Positions 48,600 to 58,351 of a stretch of 64,000 nucleotides of DNA are shown piece by piece. Where the stretch lies: positions 71,168 through 135,167 of the forward strand of contig JBAYKW010000001.1 of NCBI GenBank assembly GCA_041664365.1, read 5' to 3'. A model generated the notes under the pieces. It made no database searches, was not told the DNA's origin, and saw only the letters and a list, made by a program, of their open reading frames with translations. The translations under genes and the position numbers were made by a program. This DNA comes from Patescibacteria group bacterium. GTDB lineage: Bacteria > Patescibacteriota > Patescibacteriia > UM-FILTER-42-10. Numbering within the stretch: position 1 is the first letter of the stretch; each line of letters starts with the position of its first letter.

Positions 48600-50117
48600 C
48601 TATTTGTCAGTATAAAAAAGATGCGCCGATGCCTCATGGGCGATTAGGGAATCAATAAGCTCGCCGGCTTGTGATAAATAATTCAGGAAGAATGCGCGGT
48701 ACTCAAAGAATCCCGGGTTTTCCCACGAGGTTTTATGTGTTGTTATAATCCATATTCTCTCATTATTTTCTGATAATTGTTCCAGTTCTTTTAAATATTG
48801 TTCCCGATTTCTTCCCGCAAAGTTTGAAACATAGTAGTTTGATTCGGGGATTTGCATCCTGAGCTGGTAATATTCATATAGGGAAGCAACATCAAAAGGA
48901 ATATAAATAATGTCATCTTGTTTTCTATTATTTTCAACATATTCAAATACAACATCAATTTCACATTTCTCTACTGGGAAAATTGCGGAAGATATACCAT
49001 AAACAGATTGAGATAGGAGTATGATTAGAAGTGTAAAAATTACTATTGATTTTCTAATATGTGATTTGCTATAGATTGAAGCAAGGCCTTTTATTACCCC
49101 CAGAATTATTAATGGCAGTAAAAATAGAACAAGTCTTCCATAAATCGGATAGTAATGAAGAATTGATGCGATAGTCAAAAATACGACAGGTGAAACTAAT
49201 ATATAAAAACTGAATTTGGATTGTTTGAAGAGTTTAATTAACCCAAAAATAAAAATGATGCCTATTGGAATAGAAAGAAGATTATACATACCTGGATAAT
49301 CAAATATTCTGATAAAAGTTACTTCCCATTGTCCCAGTCCTTCCATACTGAAAGGAGAACTCAGAAATCCGTCGTGCCAAAAAAATGATAGGTAGCTGCT
49401 TGAAATAAAATACTTAAGAAAAGAAAAATAGTAGAGAATAATATTTATTATCCATAAAATTATGGACAGAGACACGGCTTTTAGCTGCCCCCATTGCTTA
49501 TTCACTATGTAATATATAAAAAAGCTTGTTCCGGTTCCGGCCAAAAAAAATGATGCCGGAAATGAAAAATAAATTAAAAATGACCCGAGTATTCCAAATA
49601 ATATTCCATATCTGATTGTGTATCTTCTATTTTTCATAAACAGTGCGGTGTTTAGTATGAGTATCACAATCAGTACGTCAACAATGTATGGTTTGATTTC
49701 AGTTGAAAAATCAATAAGTGGAAATGATACAGAAAAAATAAAAACTGACAAAGGTAAAAATAATTTGGAAATTATTTGTTTTGCTAATTTGTAAAACGCT
49801 ATAATAGAAAGAATCCCGCAGATGAGCGGAAAAAGCCTAAAAGCATATTCACTTATGCCAAAAAAGGTAATAAATATTTTTTCAATCCATAGAAAACCGA
49901 GCGGGGCCACTTGAAGATAATCCAGCGAGTGTGCAATCCTGTCCAGAGGCAAATTAATGATGCTAATAGCAATTGATGCTTCATCTGTCCACAACGAGTT
50001 ATTCTGGATAAATCTTAGGATTCTAAGCAGAGCACCAAAGAAAATAATGACCCAAACACACGTCTGTGAAAAATAGAATAATTGTATACTTTTAAATGTC
50101 TTCCTAAAAACACTCAT
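48600..50117 (-). CDS. GT-C (ArnT/PMT-like) membrane glycosyltransferase
   Basis: SLWTDEA, G.SEYAFRL, EIKPY, many TM helices; AT-rich. Confidence 0.8.
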   Translation of the reverse strand: MSVFRKTFKSIQLFYFSQTCVWVIIFFGALLRILRFIQNNSLWTDEASIAISIINLPLDRIAHSLDYLQVAPLGFLWIEKIFITFFGISEYAFRLFPLICGILSIIAFYKLAKQIISKLFLPLSVFIFSVSFPLIDFSTEIKPYIVDVLIVILILNTALFMKNRRYTIRYGILFGILGSFLIYFSFPASFFLAGTGTSFFIYYIVNKQWGQLKAVSLSIILWIINIILYYFSFLKYFISSSYLSFFWHDGFLSSPFSMEGLGQWEVTFIRIFDYPGMYNLLSIPIGIIFIFGLIKLFKQSKFSFYILVSPVVFLTIASILHYYPIYGRLVLFLLPLIILGVIKGLASIYSKSHIRKSIVIFTLLIILLSQSVYGISSAIFPVEKCEIDVVFEYVENNRKQDDIIYIPFDVASLYEYYQLRMQIPESNYYVSNFAGRNREQYLKELEQLSENNERIWIITTHKTSWENPGFFEYRAFFLNYLSQAGELIDSLIAHEASAHLFYTDK

Positions 50118-50162
50118 CTTTTTAGGCTAAATTTATACTGAAAACTATGATAGAATTGTATC

Positions 50163-51197
50163 ATGCTAAATGCAAAACAGATAATCTTGGAGGGAAATTC
50201 ACTTGGTTTTGATTTACTTGGTGTAATGCCAGTGCAACCCAGTAAATATAAACATCAACTTGACCAGTGGCTGAGAAACGGAATGGCGGGAGAGATGGAA
50301 TGGATTCGCCGAGGTCAGGAAAAGCGTGATAATCCGAAAAGAGTATTCCCAGAGGCAAAAACCGTGATCATGGTCGGCATGAATTATTTTAATCAAGATA
50401 TATCAGCAGATTTACTTAATGATCCATCCAGAGGAATTATTGCGCGGTATGCCTGGTTTGATGATTATCATGAAATCGTAAAACTTCGTCTGGAAAAACT
50501 TGTCGGATCGATTTCAGTAATATTAAAAAAGAATATCAACGCCAAGGTTTATGTAGACACGGGTCCTTTCCTGGAGCGGGAATACGCTAGCCGGTCCGGA
50601 CTGGGTTTCATCGGTAATAATACCAGTCTGATAAATTACCGGATGGGTTCATATCTTTTTCTCGGTGAGATTTTGATCGATGCGGAATTAGAAAGCTTTC
50701 TAATGAAGCGGATCGGATCCTGCGGAACATGCCAGCGCTGCCGAAATAGCTGCCCAACCGACGCGCTGGTGCAGAACCGGGTTTTGGACGCCAGACGATG
50801 TATATCGTATTTGACCATAGAGCTGAAAGGCAGTATTCCAGAGGAAATGCGCCCGTTAATGAAAAACAGAATCTACGGATGCGATATTTGCCAGGAAGTG
50901 TGTCCTTGGAACAGCAAATCGAAGGAGGCATCAATAAATGAATTCAAAGCTAAAAATGATTTGATTGCCCCTAAACTGAATGATCTTGCCAAAATGTCGC
51001 AGACTGAATTTAACTCTCGCTTCAAAAACAGTCCGATTAAAAGAACAAAATACAGGGGATTTATGAGAAACGTGGCGGTGGCTCTGGGAAACTGGGGGAG
51101 CAAGGAAGCACTGTGTGCTATAGAGCTATTAATTAAAAATGAAGATGAACTGGTGCGAACCCACGCAATTTGGGCAAAAAAGCAAATACTGCTATAA
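50163..51197 (+). CDS. queG: Epoxyqueuosine reductase
   Basis: IARYA..DDYH, VDTGP.LER, CGTCQRC...CPT, CISYLTIE, GCDICQEVCPWN. Confidence 0.93.
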   Translation: MLNAKQIILEGNSLGFDLLGVMPVQPSKYKHQLDQWLRNGMAGEMEWIRRGQEKRDNPKRVFPEAKTVIMVGMNYFNQDISADLLNDPSRGIIARYAWFDDYHEIVKLRLEKLVGSISVILKKNINAKVYVDTGPFLEREYASRSGLGFIGNNTSLINYRMGSYLFLGEILIDAELESFLMKRIGSCGTCQRCRNSCPTDALVQNRVLDARRCISYLTIELKGSIPEEMRPLMKNRIYGCDICQEVCPWNSKSKEASINEFKAKNDLIAPKLNDLAKMSQTEFNSRFKNSPIKRTKYRGFMRNVAVALGNWGSKEALCAIELLIKNEDELVRTHAIWAKKQILL

Positions 51198-51207
51198 TGC
51201 CTGACAA

Positions 51208-52644
51208 ATGAGCAACGAATTCTCCGAACTTAAAAATGGGCTTGAATATCGGCAGAAAGATATTACATTTTCCACGGGTCGAAACAGTAAGAGCCGTTAT
51301 ACTATGTTGCGCGAAGGGAATCCCAGAAAAGTACTGATTCACGGAATCCCTTTTTTGATTACGATTAATCAGAATGATAAATTGGAGGTACTGTCCGGCC
51401 GGTCTATCCTAATCGAGGACGGCGTGATAGTTAAAATACTAAAAGCAACCGAACTTTCCTTTGTTGATCTGACCGAGATAGATCTGATCTATGACGCGGA
51501 ACAGGGCGGAGGAATCGTAGTTACACCGGGGTTGGTCAACGCGCACGCGCACCCGCCCATGTATCTGCTCCGGTCCACGCTCACATTTTCCGAGGCGAAT
51601 TTAGAAAAAACCCTGCGTGGCATGGCAAGACTAGAAGGGAAGATGAATGAAGATGATTTTTTCCTGGGAGCAGTGGGGGATTTTACCGAACAGCAGAAAT
51701 TTGGAATTTCCACGACACTGAGTCACTACGGTGTTTTTAATCCGATTGATGACGCGGCAAAACTGACCGGTCAGGTAGTAATCAACGCGATCAGCGCGGT
51801 AAGTAATTCACACCCGGAAAATACGCCGGCGATGGTTGAAAAATATTTGAAAAATAAAGCAAAGTATCATACAGAACCGGCTATTGCGATTCATGAGCCG
51901 TCCAAAGCTTCCGAAGCAATTTTCAAAAAAGTGAGGATTCTGCAGAAGAAATATAACGCTCTTTTTACTATCCATGTTGCGGAAACTAAAGAGTCGCTGG
52001 AGAAATCGGTAAAGAAGTTTGGTGAGCATCCGGTAAAAACACTGGACCGGTTTGGCCTCTTGAATCCACGGACAATGATGTCGCACGTTGTGCACGTCGG
52101 CCGGGAGGAAGTAGCATTGATTTTAAAGAGAAAGGCGGGAGTGGTTCATTTGCCGACGTCTAATCTATTGCACCGAAGTGGGCAGTTTGATTATCCGCTG
52201 TTTCATAAACTGAAAGCAACCGGACAGATCGCGCTTGGTACGGACAGTGTTGTCAGTAAAAATAGACTGGATCTACTTACGGAAGCTCTGCAAACAAAAA
52301 CCATGCATCAAAACAGGAAGATTGTTCCGTACAGTGATTTATTCAATATGATAACTGCACAGGGTGCCAGGTTACTCGGTCTCAAAAAGGTAGGAAAATT
52401 ATTGCCCGGATACAGGGCGGATATTGCATTTTGGAAACTGCAGGACCGCGGGTTTTTGCCGTACAATTCCAAGGATCCTAAAACCCTGGTCAGTAATATG
52501 ATTACATATGGCGGAAGAAATATCAGGGACCTGATGATCAACGGAAGTTTTGTGATTTCCAACCGCAAGCATAATTTTATCAACGAAACTAACCTGTTGA
52601 TGCAACTTCAGCTGGCGCATATGCAGTTGAGGAAAAAAATATAG
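51208..52644 (+). CDS. Amidohydrolase-superfamily deaminase (MTA/SAH or purine deaminase-like)
   Basis: PGLVNAHAH, IHVAET, SHVVH, LGTDS, G.L.PG..AD. Confidence 0.82.
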   Translation: MSNEFSELKNGLEYRQKDITFSTGRNSKSRYTMLREGNPRKVLIHGIPFLITINQNDKLEVLSGRSILIEDGVIVKILKATELSFVDLTEIDLIYDAEQGGGIVVTPGLVNAHAHPPMYLLRSTLTFSEANLEKTLRGMARLEGKMNEDDFFLGAVGDFTEQQKFGISTTLSHYGVFNPIDDAAKLTGQVVINAISAVSNSHPENTPAMVEKYLKNKAKYHTEPAIAIHEPSKASEAIFKKVRILQKKYNALFTIHVAETKESLEKSVKKFGEHPVKTLDRFGLLNPRTMMSHVVHVGREEVALILKRKAGVVHLPTSNLLHRSGQFDYPLFHKLKATGQIALGTDSVVSKNRLDLLTEALQTKTMHQNRKIVPYSDLFNMITAQGARLLGLKKVGKLLPGYRADIAFWKLQDRGFLPYNSKDPKTLVSNMITYGGRNIRDLMINGSFVISNRKHNFINETNLLMQLQLAHMQLRKKI

Positions 52645-52650
52645 CAGACT

Positions 52651-52681
52651 AAAAAGACGGGGATTGATCACCCGTCTTTTT
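52651..52681. terminator. Bidirectional intrinsic terminator
   Basis: AAAAAGACGGG...CCCGTCTTTTT between convergent genes. Confidence 0.75.
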
Positions 52682-52687
52682 GAATAA

Positions 52688-54163
52688 TTATTTTTCCAAA
52701 TGATAATTCGGCGGCTGTTTGGTTATTGTAACATCATGCGGATGACTTTCTCGTAGTCCCGCCGGGCTGATCTTGATAAACCTCGCTTTTTTATGCAGTT
52801 CCGGAATGGTTTTTGCGCCAATATAACCCATGCCGGATTTAATTCCGCCAACCAGCTGGTAAATATGTCGTGATACCAGACCTTTATAGATCACTCTGGC
52901 TGAAACTCCCTCCGGAACCAGTTTTTCGCTGTCTTTTTGCGATCCCTGTCCGTAACGGTCTTTTGATCCGTGTATCATTGCTTCTTTAGATCCCATTCCG
53001 CGGTAGGATTTGTACATTTTACCCCCTTCATATTCGATCTCTCCCGGCGTTTCTTCACAACCGGCAAACATACTTCCGATCATGACTGAATCTGCCTTAG
53101 CGCCGAGTGCCTTAACAATATCGCCGGAATACCGGATTCCTCCGTCGGCAATGATCGGAATATTGGATTTCCCTCTGCCCTTTACCGCCGCCATAATTGC
53201 ACTGATTTGGGGTACGCCAATTCCGGCGACAACCCTGGTGGTGCAAATTGATCCGGGTCCGACACCGACTTTGACGGCATCCGCGCCGGCGCGGATCAGA
53301 TCTCTGGTGCCTTCCTCTGTGGCGACATTGCCGGCAATAATATCCACATTGGAAAATAGCCTGTTCTTTTTTAAAGCTTTAACTGTATCGAGTACACCTT
53401 TCGTATGGCCGTGGGCAGTGTCCACTACTAAAACGTCCGCGCCGGCGGCAACCAGATACTTGGCGCGCTCCAGCGCTTCTAAACCAACGGAAATCGCCGC
53501 ACCAACGCGCAGTTGTTTCTTATCGTCTTTACACGCATTGGGATGCTGTTCGTTTTTTTCCAGATCCTTTCTGGTCACCATACTCATCAGTTTTCCCTGC
53601 TTATTAACTATAGGCAATGCGGTAAGTCTTTTTTCACGTATAATTTTGTTGGCCTGTTGCAGAGTCATGCCGTGTTTACCCACCACAATTTCATTAATCC
53701 GCTTCATTTTGAATTTAATCGGTAATTTCAAATCATCCGGCACGAAGTAGTCCTGTTCTGTAATCATTCCGACGAGCTTGTTGTTTCTGTCGACAATCGG
53801 GATTTTCTTGTATCCTTTTTTGTCGCGGATTTCCGCCGCATCTTCAATCGGATCTTCCGGTTGTAGGGTAACGGGATTTTCAATAAATCCGTTCTCAAAC
53901 CTTTTTACAAAACTGACTTCCTGTGCCTGCTGGTCTGCCGGCATATTTTTGTGAATGATTCCTATTCCGCCGTGCAGTGCGAGAGCGATCGCCAGGCGAT
54001 GCTCAGTCACTGTATCCATCGGTGAGGAGATCAGCGGAATATTCAGGCTGATTCTTCTGGTCAACCGCGTTTTCAAATCTGTATCATTCGGAAGAATCGC
54101 TGATTTTTGGGGCACTAGCAATACATCGTCATAGGTTAAAGTCTCTTCAAACTGAGTGAACAT
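52688..54163 (-). CDS. guaB: IMP dehydrogenase
   Basis: [13 protein letters not shown] pair, [17 protein letters not shown]. Confidence 0.97.
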   Translation of the reverse strand: MFTQFEETLTYDDVLLVPQKSAILPNDTDLKTRLTRRISLNIPLISSPMDTVTEHRLAIALALHGGIGIIHKNMPADQQAQEVSFVKRFENGFIENPVTLQPEDPIEDAAEIRDKKGYKKIPIVDRNNKLVGMITEQDYFVPDDLKLPIKFKMKRINEIVVGKHGMTLQQANKIIREKRLTALPIVNKQGKLMSMVTRKDLEKNEQHPNACKDDKKQLRVGAAISVGLEALERAKYLVAAGADVLVVDTAHGHTKGVLDTVKALKKNRLFSNVDIIAGNVATEEGTRDLIRAGADAVKVGVGPGSICTTRVVAGIGVPQISAIMAAVKGRGKSNIPIIADGGIRYSGDIVKALGAKADSVMIGSMFAGCEETPGEIEYEGGKMYKSYRGMGSKEAMIHGSKDRYGQGSQKDSEKLVPEGVSARVIYKGLVSRHIYQLVGGIKSGMGYIGAKTIPELHKKARFIKISPAGLRESHPHDVTITKQPPNYHLEK

Positions 54164-54248
54164 AATGATTAGGGTTAAGGGGTAAGGTTTTAGGGTAAAT
54201 GTTAAAATGTTGTTTTAATTGTAAGGATATTTTACAATAAAGACAAGT

Positions 54249-56072
54249 ATGAAACAAAAACAGATTGCAATATTAGATTTTGGTTCCCAATACACCCACT
54301 TAATTGCGCGGAGAATTCGCCAGCTGGGTGTTTTAGCTAATATCTATCCGCCGGAAACACCACTTATCAGACTGGAATCGTCCTGGGGAATCATCCTTTC
54401 GGGAGGACCAAACAGCGTTTATAATGATAAAATAAAATTTGACCGTAAAATTCTGAAAAGCGGTCTGCCGATTTTGGGCGTCTGTTACGGCCATCAGCTG
54501 ATCAGCCATCTGCTGGGCGGAAAAGTTGTTAGGGGTGATGTTAGAGAATACGGTGTGGCAGAGTTAAAAGTCGAGTCATTCAATGGCATCTTTAAAAAAT
54601 TCAGGCAAAAAAGCCAAGTCTGGATGAGCCATGGCGATCTGGTTACAAAGGTTCCAAAAGGATTCATAATTCTTGCCGGGACCCAACATTGCCCGGTTGC
54701 CGCGATGGGGAATACTGCAGAAAAAATTTACGGGGTTCAGTTTCACCCCGAAGTTTCGCATACGGAAAACGGACTGGATTTGATCAGAAATTTCGTTTTC
54801 AGCATCTGCGGCGCAAAAAAGGAATGGGATATCAGTCAGTATTTAGGGACAATTGAAGACGAGATAATAAAAAAAGTCGGTGAAAGAAAAGTTTTTTTAC
54901 TGGTTTCTGGCGGTGTGGATTCGGCAGTATGTTTTGCATTGCTTAACCGCGTGCTGGGAAAGGAAAAGGTGTTCGGGTTGCATATTGATCTGGGTTTTAT
55001 GAGGAAGAATGAATCAAGTGAAATTCAAAGTACTTTAGATAAGCTTGGATTCTCCAATTTGGCAATAATGAATGCGTCTGCAATGTTTCTTAGAAGATTA
55101 CGTGGAGTAATTGATCCGGAAAAAAAGCGGAAAATTATCGGTCGGGCTTATCTGGATGCGCAGAGAATTGCAATGAAAAGGTTTAAGCTTAATCCGAAAG
55201 ATTGGATACTAGCACAAGGGACCATTTATCCTGACACCATAGAATCGGGCGGTACAAAACATGCGGACAAAATAAAAACGCATCATAACCGCGTAAAAGA
55301 AGTTTTGGAAATGATAAAAAAAGGATTGGTCATTGAACCTTTGAAGGACCTTTATAAAGATGAAGTCCGGTTATTAGGGAAAAAAATTGGACTGCCCGAT
55401 GAAATAATTAACCGGCACCCGTTTCCCGGGCCTGGATTGGCTATCCGAATGATTTGTTCCGATGGGAGGCAATACGGAGACAATCTAAAAAAGCAGAACA
55501 AAGATCTGGATGAATTAATCACGCAGTTTAATTTTGATAACAAAACGGATATTACCGGATACGTTATGCCGGTCCGAAGTGTTGGTGTTCAGGGGGATGG
55601 GCGTACCTATGCTCATCCGGCGGTTTTTTCCGGCGATATAAGCATTAAGCAAATGCAGATTTTAGGACCGCTGGTTGCAAATCAGATCCCAAGTGTGAAT
55701 CGTGCCTGTCTGATACTTTTCAGCAGAAAAAATGCGGTAGGCATTGGTAAGAATAAAAAACTCCTGCTCAATAAAAAAAATATCAAACTTCTGCAGGAAG
55801 CGGACAATATTGTGCAGTCTGAAATAAAAAAATTCGGTTTGGATAAAAAGATTTGGCAGTTTCCGGTTGTTCTTGTGCCGTATTCGCTCTCGGGCGGCTA
55901 TACAATAATCCTACGGCCGGTGCAGTCCGAAGAGGCAATGACGGTAAAATTTTTTCCTCTGCCCGAAAATTTTGTAAAACAGATTGTTGCAAAGCTACAA
56001 AGCATAAAAATGATTGATCTAATTTTGTATGATTTCACTAACAAGCCGCCGGGCACGATTGAATGGGAATGA
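54249..56072 (+). CDS. guaA: GMP synthase (glutamine-hydrolysing)
   Basis: LDFGSQY, GVCYG, QFHPEV, SGGVDS, IKTHHN, KPPGTIEWE. Confidence 0.97.
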   Translation: MKQKQIAILDFGSQYTHLIARRIRQLGVLANIYPPETPLIRLESSWGIILSGGPNSVYNDKIKFDRKILKSGLPILGVCYGHQLISHLLGGKVVRGDVREYGVAELKVESFNGIFKKFRQKSQVWMSHGDLVTKVPKGFIILAGTQHCPVAAMGNTAEKIYGVQFHPEVSHTENGLDLIRNFVFSICGAKKEWDISQYLGTIEDEIIKKVGERKVFLLVSGGVDSAVCFALLNRVLGKEKVFGLHIDLGFMRKNESSEIQSTLDKLGFSNLAIMNASAMFLRRLRGVIDPEKKRKIIGRAYLDAQRIAMKRFKLNPKDWILAQGTIYPDTIESGGTKHADKIKTHHNRVKEVLEMIKKGLVIEPLKDLYKDEVRLLGKKIGLPDEIINRHPFPGPGLAIRMICSDGRQYGDNLKKQNKDLDELITQFNFDNKTDITGYVMPVRSVGVQGDGRTYAHPAVFSGDISIKQMQILGPLVANQIPSVNRACLILFSRKNAVGIGKNKKLLLNKKNIKLLQEADNIVQSEIKKFGLDKKIWQFPVVLVPYSLSGGYTIILRPVQSEEAMTVKFFPLPENFVKQIVAKLQSIKMIDLILYDFTNKPPGTIEWE

Positions 56073-56093
56073 TATAAATGGTATACTGTCCTT

Positions 56094-57044
56094 ATGAACA
56101 GTGCGGTCCAAAAAACGGTAACAAAAATAGCATCTTTAGAAATACAGGGTGCGACACAGATAACCAGAGTAATTTTGGATGCTTTGCAGTCCGAAAGCAA
56201 TCAGTTGCTGAAAAAAACTAAGACTCAATTTCTCTCTGAGATAAGAAAAAGCGGCAAAGCGCTGGCAGAAGCAAGACCAACCGAACCGCTATCACGTAAT
56301 TCAGTCCAATTCGTATTACACTATTTAGAGAACAATAAAGACGGTTTGTCTGTCCCTGAACTGGTGAAACTACTAAAAAAAGCCTGCCATCTCTTTTTAG
56401 TTCTTCTGAAATATCATGATCAGAAAATTGCTGAGGCTGGTGCAAGACTGATTAAGCCGAATATGAAAGTGTTTACGCACTGTCATTCCTCGACTGTGGA
56501 ACATATTATTGCGGAGGCCAGCAAGCACTCTAAGATGCCGCGCGTTTTTTGCACGGAAACACGTCCGCTGTTTCAGGGCAGAACAACAGCTAAAAATCTT
56601 TTGAAACAAAAAATTGATGTTACAATGGTGGCTGATTCCGCAGCCGCGTTTCTGATCAGTAGAACTAGTGGTCGTGAAGTGATGGTGGACATTGCTTTTC
56701 TGGGTGCTGACTCTGTTACATCCGGCGGTTCGGTAATCAATAAAGTTGGCAGCTTTGGTATCGCACTGGTTGCTAATCATGAAAAAATCCCGGTTTATGT
56801 TGCTGCGTCTCTTTTAAAAACCGATCCGGAAACATTTATCAGTAAATATATCGGTATTGAACTGCGCGACCGAAAAGAAATATGGCCGAATGGTCCCAAG
56901 GGATTGAAGATAATCAATTTTGCTTTTGATCGTATCCCGTTCAAATTTATCAAGGGGATAATTTGTGAATTTGGCGTAATTAAGCCGCGCGATGTCGCGT
57001 ATCTGGTGCAAAAACATTACCCATGGATTTTTAAAAACTTTTAA
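56094..57044 (+). CDS. Ribose-1,5-bisphosphate isomerase (eIF-2B-like)
   Basis: LEIQGA, ARPTEP, THCHSSTV, ETRPLFQG, GAD..T..G..INKVGS; adjacent to RuBisCO and AMP phosphorylase. Confidence 0.9.
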   Translation: MNSAVQKTVTKIASLEIQGATQITRVILDALQSESNQLLKKTKTQFLSEIRKSGKALAEARPTEPLSRNSVQFVLHYLENNKDGLSVPELVKLLKKACHLFLVLLKYHDQKIAEAGARLIKPNMKVFTHCHSSTVEHIIAEASKHSKMPRVFCTETRPLFQGRTTAKNLLKQKIDVTMVADSAAAFLISRTSGREVMVDIAFLGADSVTSGGSVINKVGSFGIALVANHEKIPVYVAASLLKTDPETFISKYIGIELRDRKEIWPNGPKGLKIINFAFDRIPFKFIKGIICEFGVIKPRDVAYLVQKHYPWIFKNF

Positions 57045-57045
57045 A

Positions 57046-58278
57046 ATGAATAAATTTTATAAAAAATTTGTTGATCAAGATTATAAACCAAAAAAAACGG
57101 AATTAGTCGCTTCTTTTTATATGGATACAAATATTGATTTTTCAGATGCGGCAGGAGGAGTAGCGGCAGAATCTTCTATCGGAACCTGGACTGATCTTGC
57201 CACATTATCCAAAGCAACATTTACAAAGCTTGGTGCTAAAGCATTTGATATTGATAAAAAAGCGCACACCTTCAAAGTCGCTTATCCAATTGCCTTGTTT
57301 GAAAAGGGAAGCATCCCGCAATTTTTATCCGGTGTTGCCGGAAATGTTTTTAGCATGAAGATAATAAAAAATCTGCGCCTCTCAGATGTTGATTTTCCGG
57401 AAAGTTATGTAAATAGTTTCCAGGGGCCACGCTTCGGTATTAAGGGTATTAGACGCATAACGGGAATTTATGACAGACCAATTCTAGGGTCGATTTTAAA
57501 GCCGAAGTTGGGTCTATCAGCACTGCAGCACGCCACTCTTTCTTATCAAGTATTCATCGGTGGAATTGATTTGGTAAAAGATGATGAAAATCTGACCGAC
57601 CTTTCCTTCAGCCGTTTTGACCAGCGGGTGCGTCTAACATTAAAAATGAGGGATAAAGCAGAAAAGGAAACAGGCAGTAAGAAGCTTTGTGTTTTTAATA
57701 TAACGGCACAGCCGGACGAAATGATCAGGAGAGCACAACTGGTTAAAAGTTTGGGTGGTGAAGTAGTGATGATAGATATGGTATCTGTCGGCCTCGACAA
57801 TGTGCAAATGTTGCGCAAACGGGATCTGGGATTAATAATCCATGGCCATCGCGCGGGACACTCAATGTTTACAAAAAACAGTAAGCACGGAATGAGTATG
57901 CTGGTGTTATCAAAACTGGCGCGTCTTGCCGGAATCGACCAATTGCATACCGGCACGGTAGTCGGAAAAATGGAAGGCGGTAAGGATAATGTGGTGGAAA
58001 TCGATGATTTTCTGCGCAGTAAATGGTTCGCAATCAAGACAGTATTCCCAATCGCATCGGGCGGTCTGTATCCTAATCTGATACCGTCGTTATACAAAAT
58101 ATTCGGCAAGGATGTAATTATGAACTTTGGCGGTGGAATTCATGGACACCCCGACGGAACATTCGCTGGTGCAAAAGCTGTAAAGCAGGCTTTGGACGCA
58201 ACAATTAACGGGGTGTCACTTGAAGAATATGCAAAGGATAACATCGAATTAGCTGTCGCGATTAGGTATTGGAAATAA
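57046..58278 (+). CDS. rbcL: Form III-like RuBisCO large subunit
   Basis: AAESSIGTW, LKPKLG, GGIDLVKDDE, HGHRAGH, VGKM, SGG, GGGIHGHP; likely start MNKFY. Confidence 0.92.
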   Translation: MNKFYKKFVDQDYKPKKTELVASFYMDTNIDFSDAAGGVAAESSIGTWTDLATLSKATFTKLGAKAFDIDKKAHTFKVAYPIALFEKGSIPQFLSGVAGNVFSMKIIKNLRLSDVDFPESYVNSFQGPRFGIKGIRRITGIYDRPILGSILKPKLGLSALQHATLSYQVFIGGIDLVKDDENLTDLSFSRFDQRVRLTLKMRDKAEKETGSKKLCVFNITAQPDEMIRRAQLVKSLGGEVVMIDMVSVGLDNVQMLRKRDLGLIIHGHRAGHSMFTKNSKHGMSMLVLSKLARLAGIDQLHTGTVVGKMEGGKDNVVEIDDFLRSKWFAIKTVFPIASGGLYPNLIPSLYKIFGKDVIMNFGGGIHGHPDGTFAGAKAVKQALDATINGVSLEEYAKDNIELAVAIRYWK

Positions 58279-58340
58279 GTAATTCGTAAATGGTAATTGG
58301 TAATCACGAACTGCAAATTACTAAATTACCAATTACAAAT
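58279..58340. repeat. Heptamer tandem repeat with inverted second half
   Basis: GTAATTC GTAAATG GTAATTG GTAATCA ... AAATTACT AAATTACC AATTACA. Confidence 0.6.
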
Positions 58341-58351
58341 AAAAATAAATC

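Noticed and set aside
57046-58278. Form IV RuBisCO-like protein or Calvin-cycle autotrophy
   Set aside because: Catalytic residues look complete and the neighbours are AMP phosphorylase and R15P isomerase; no small subunit or phosphoribulokinase is in the window.
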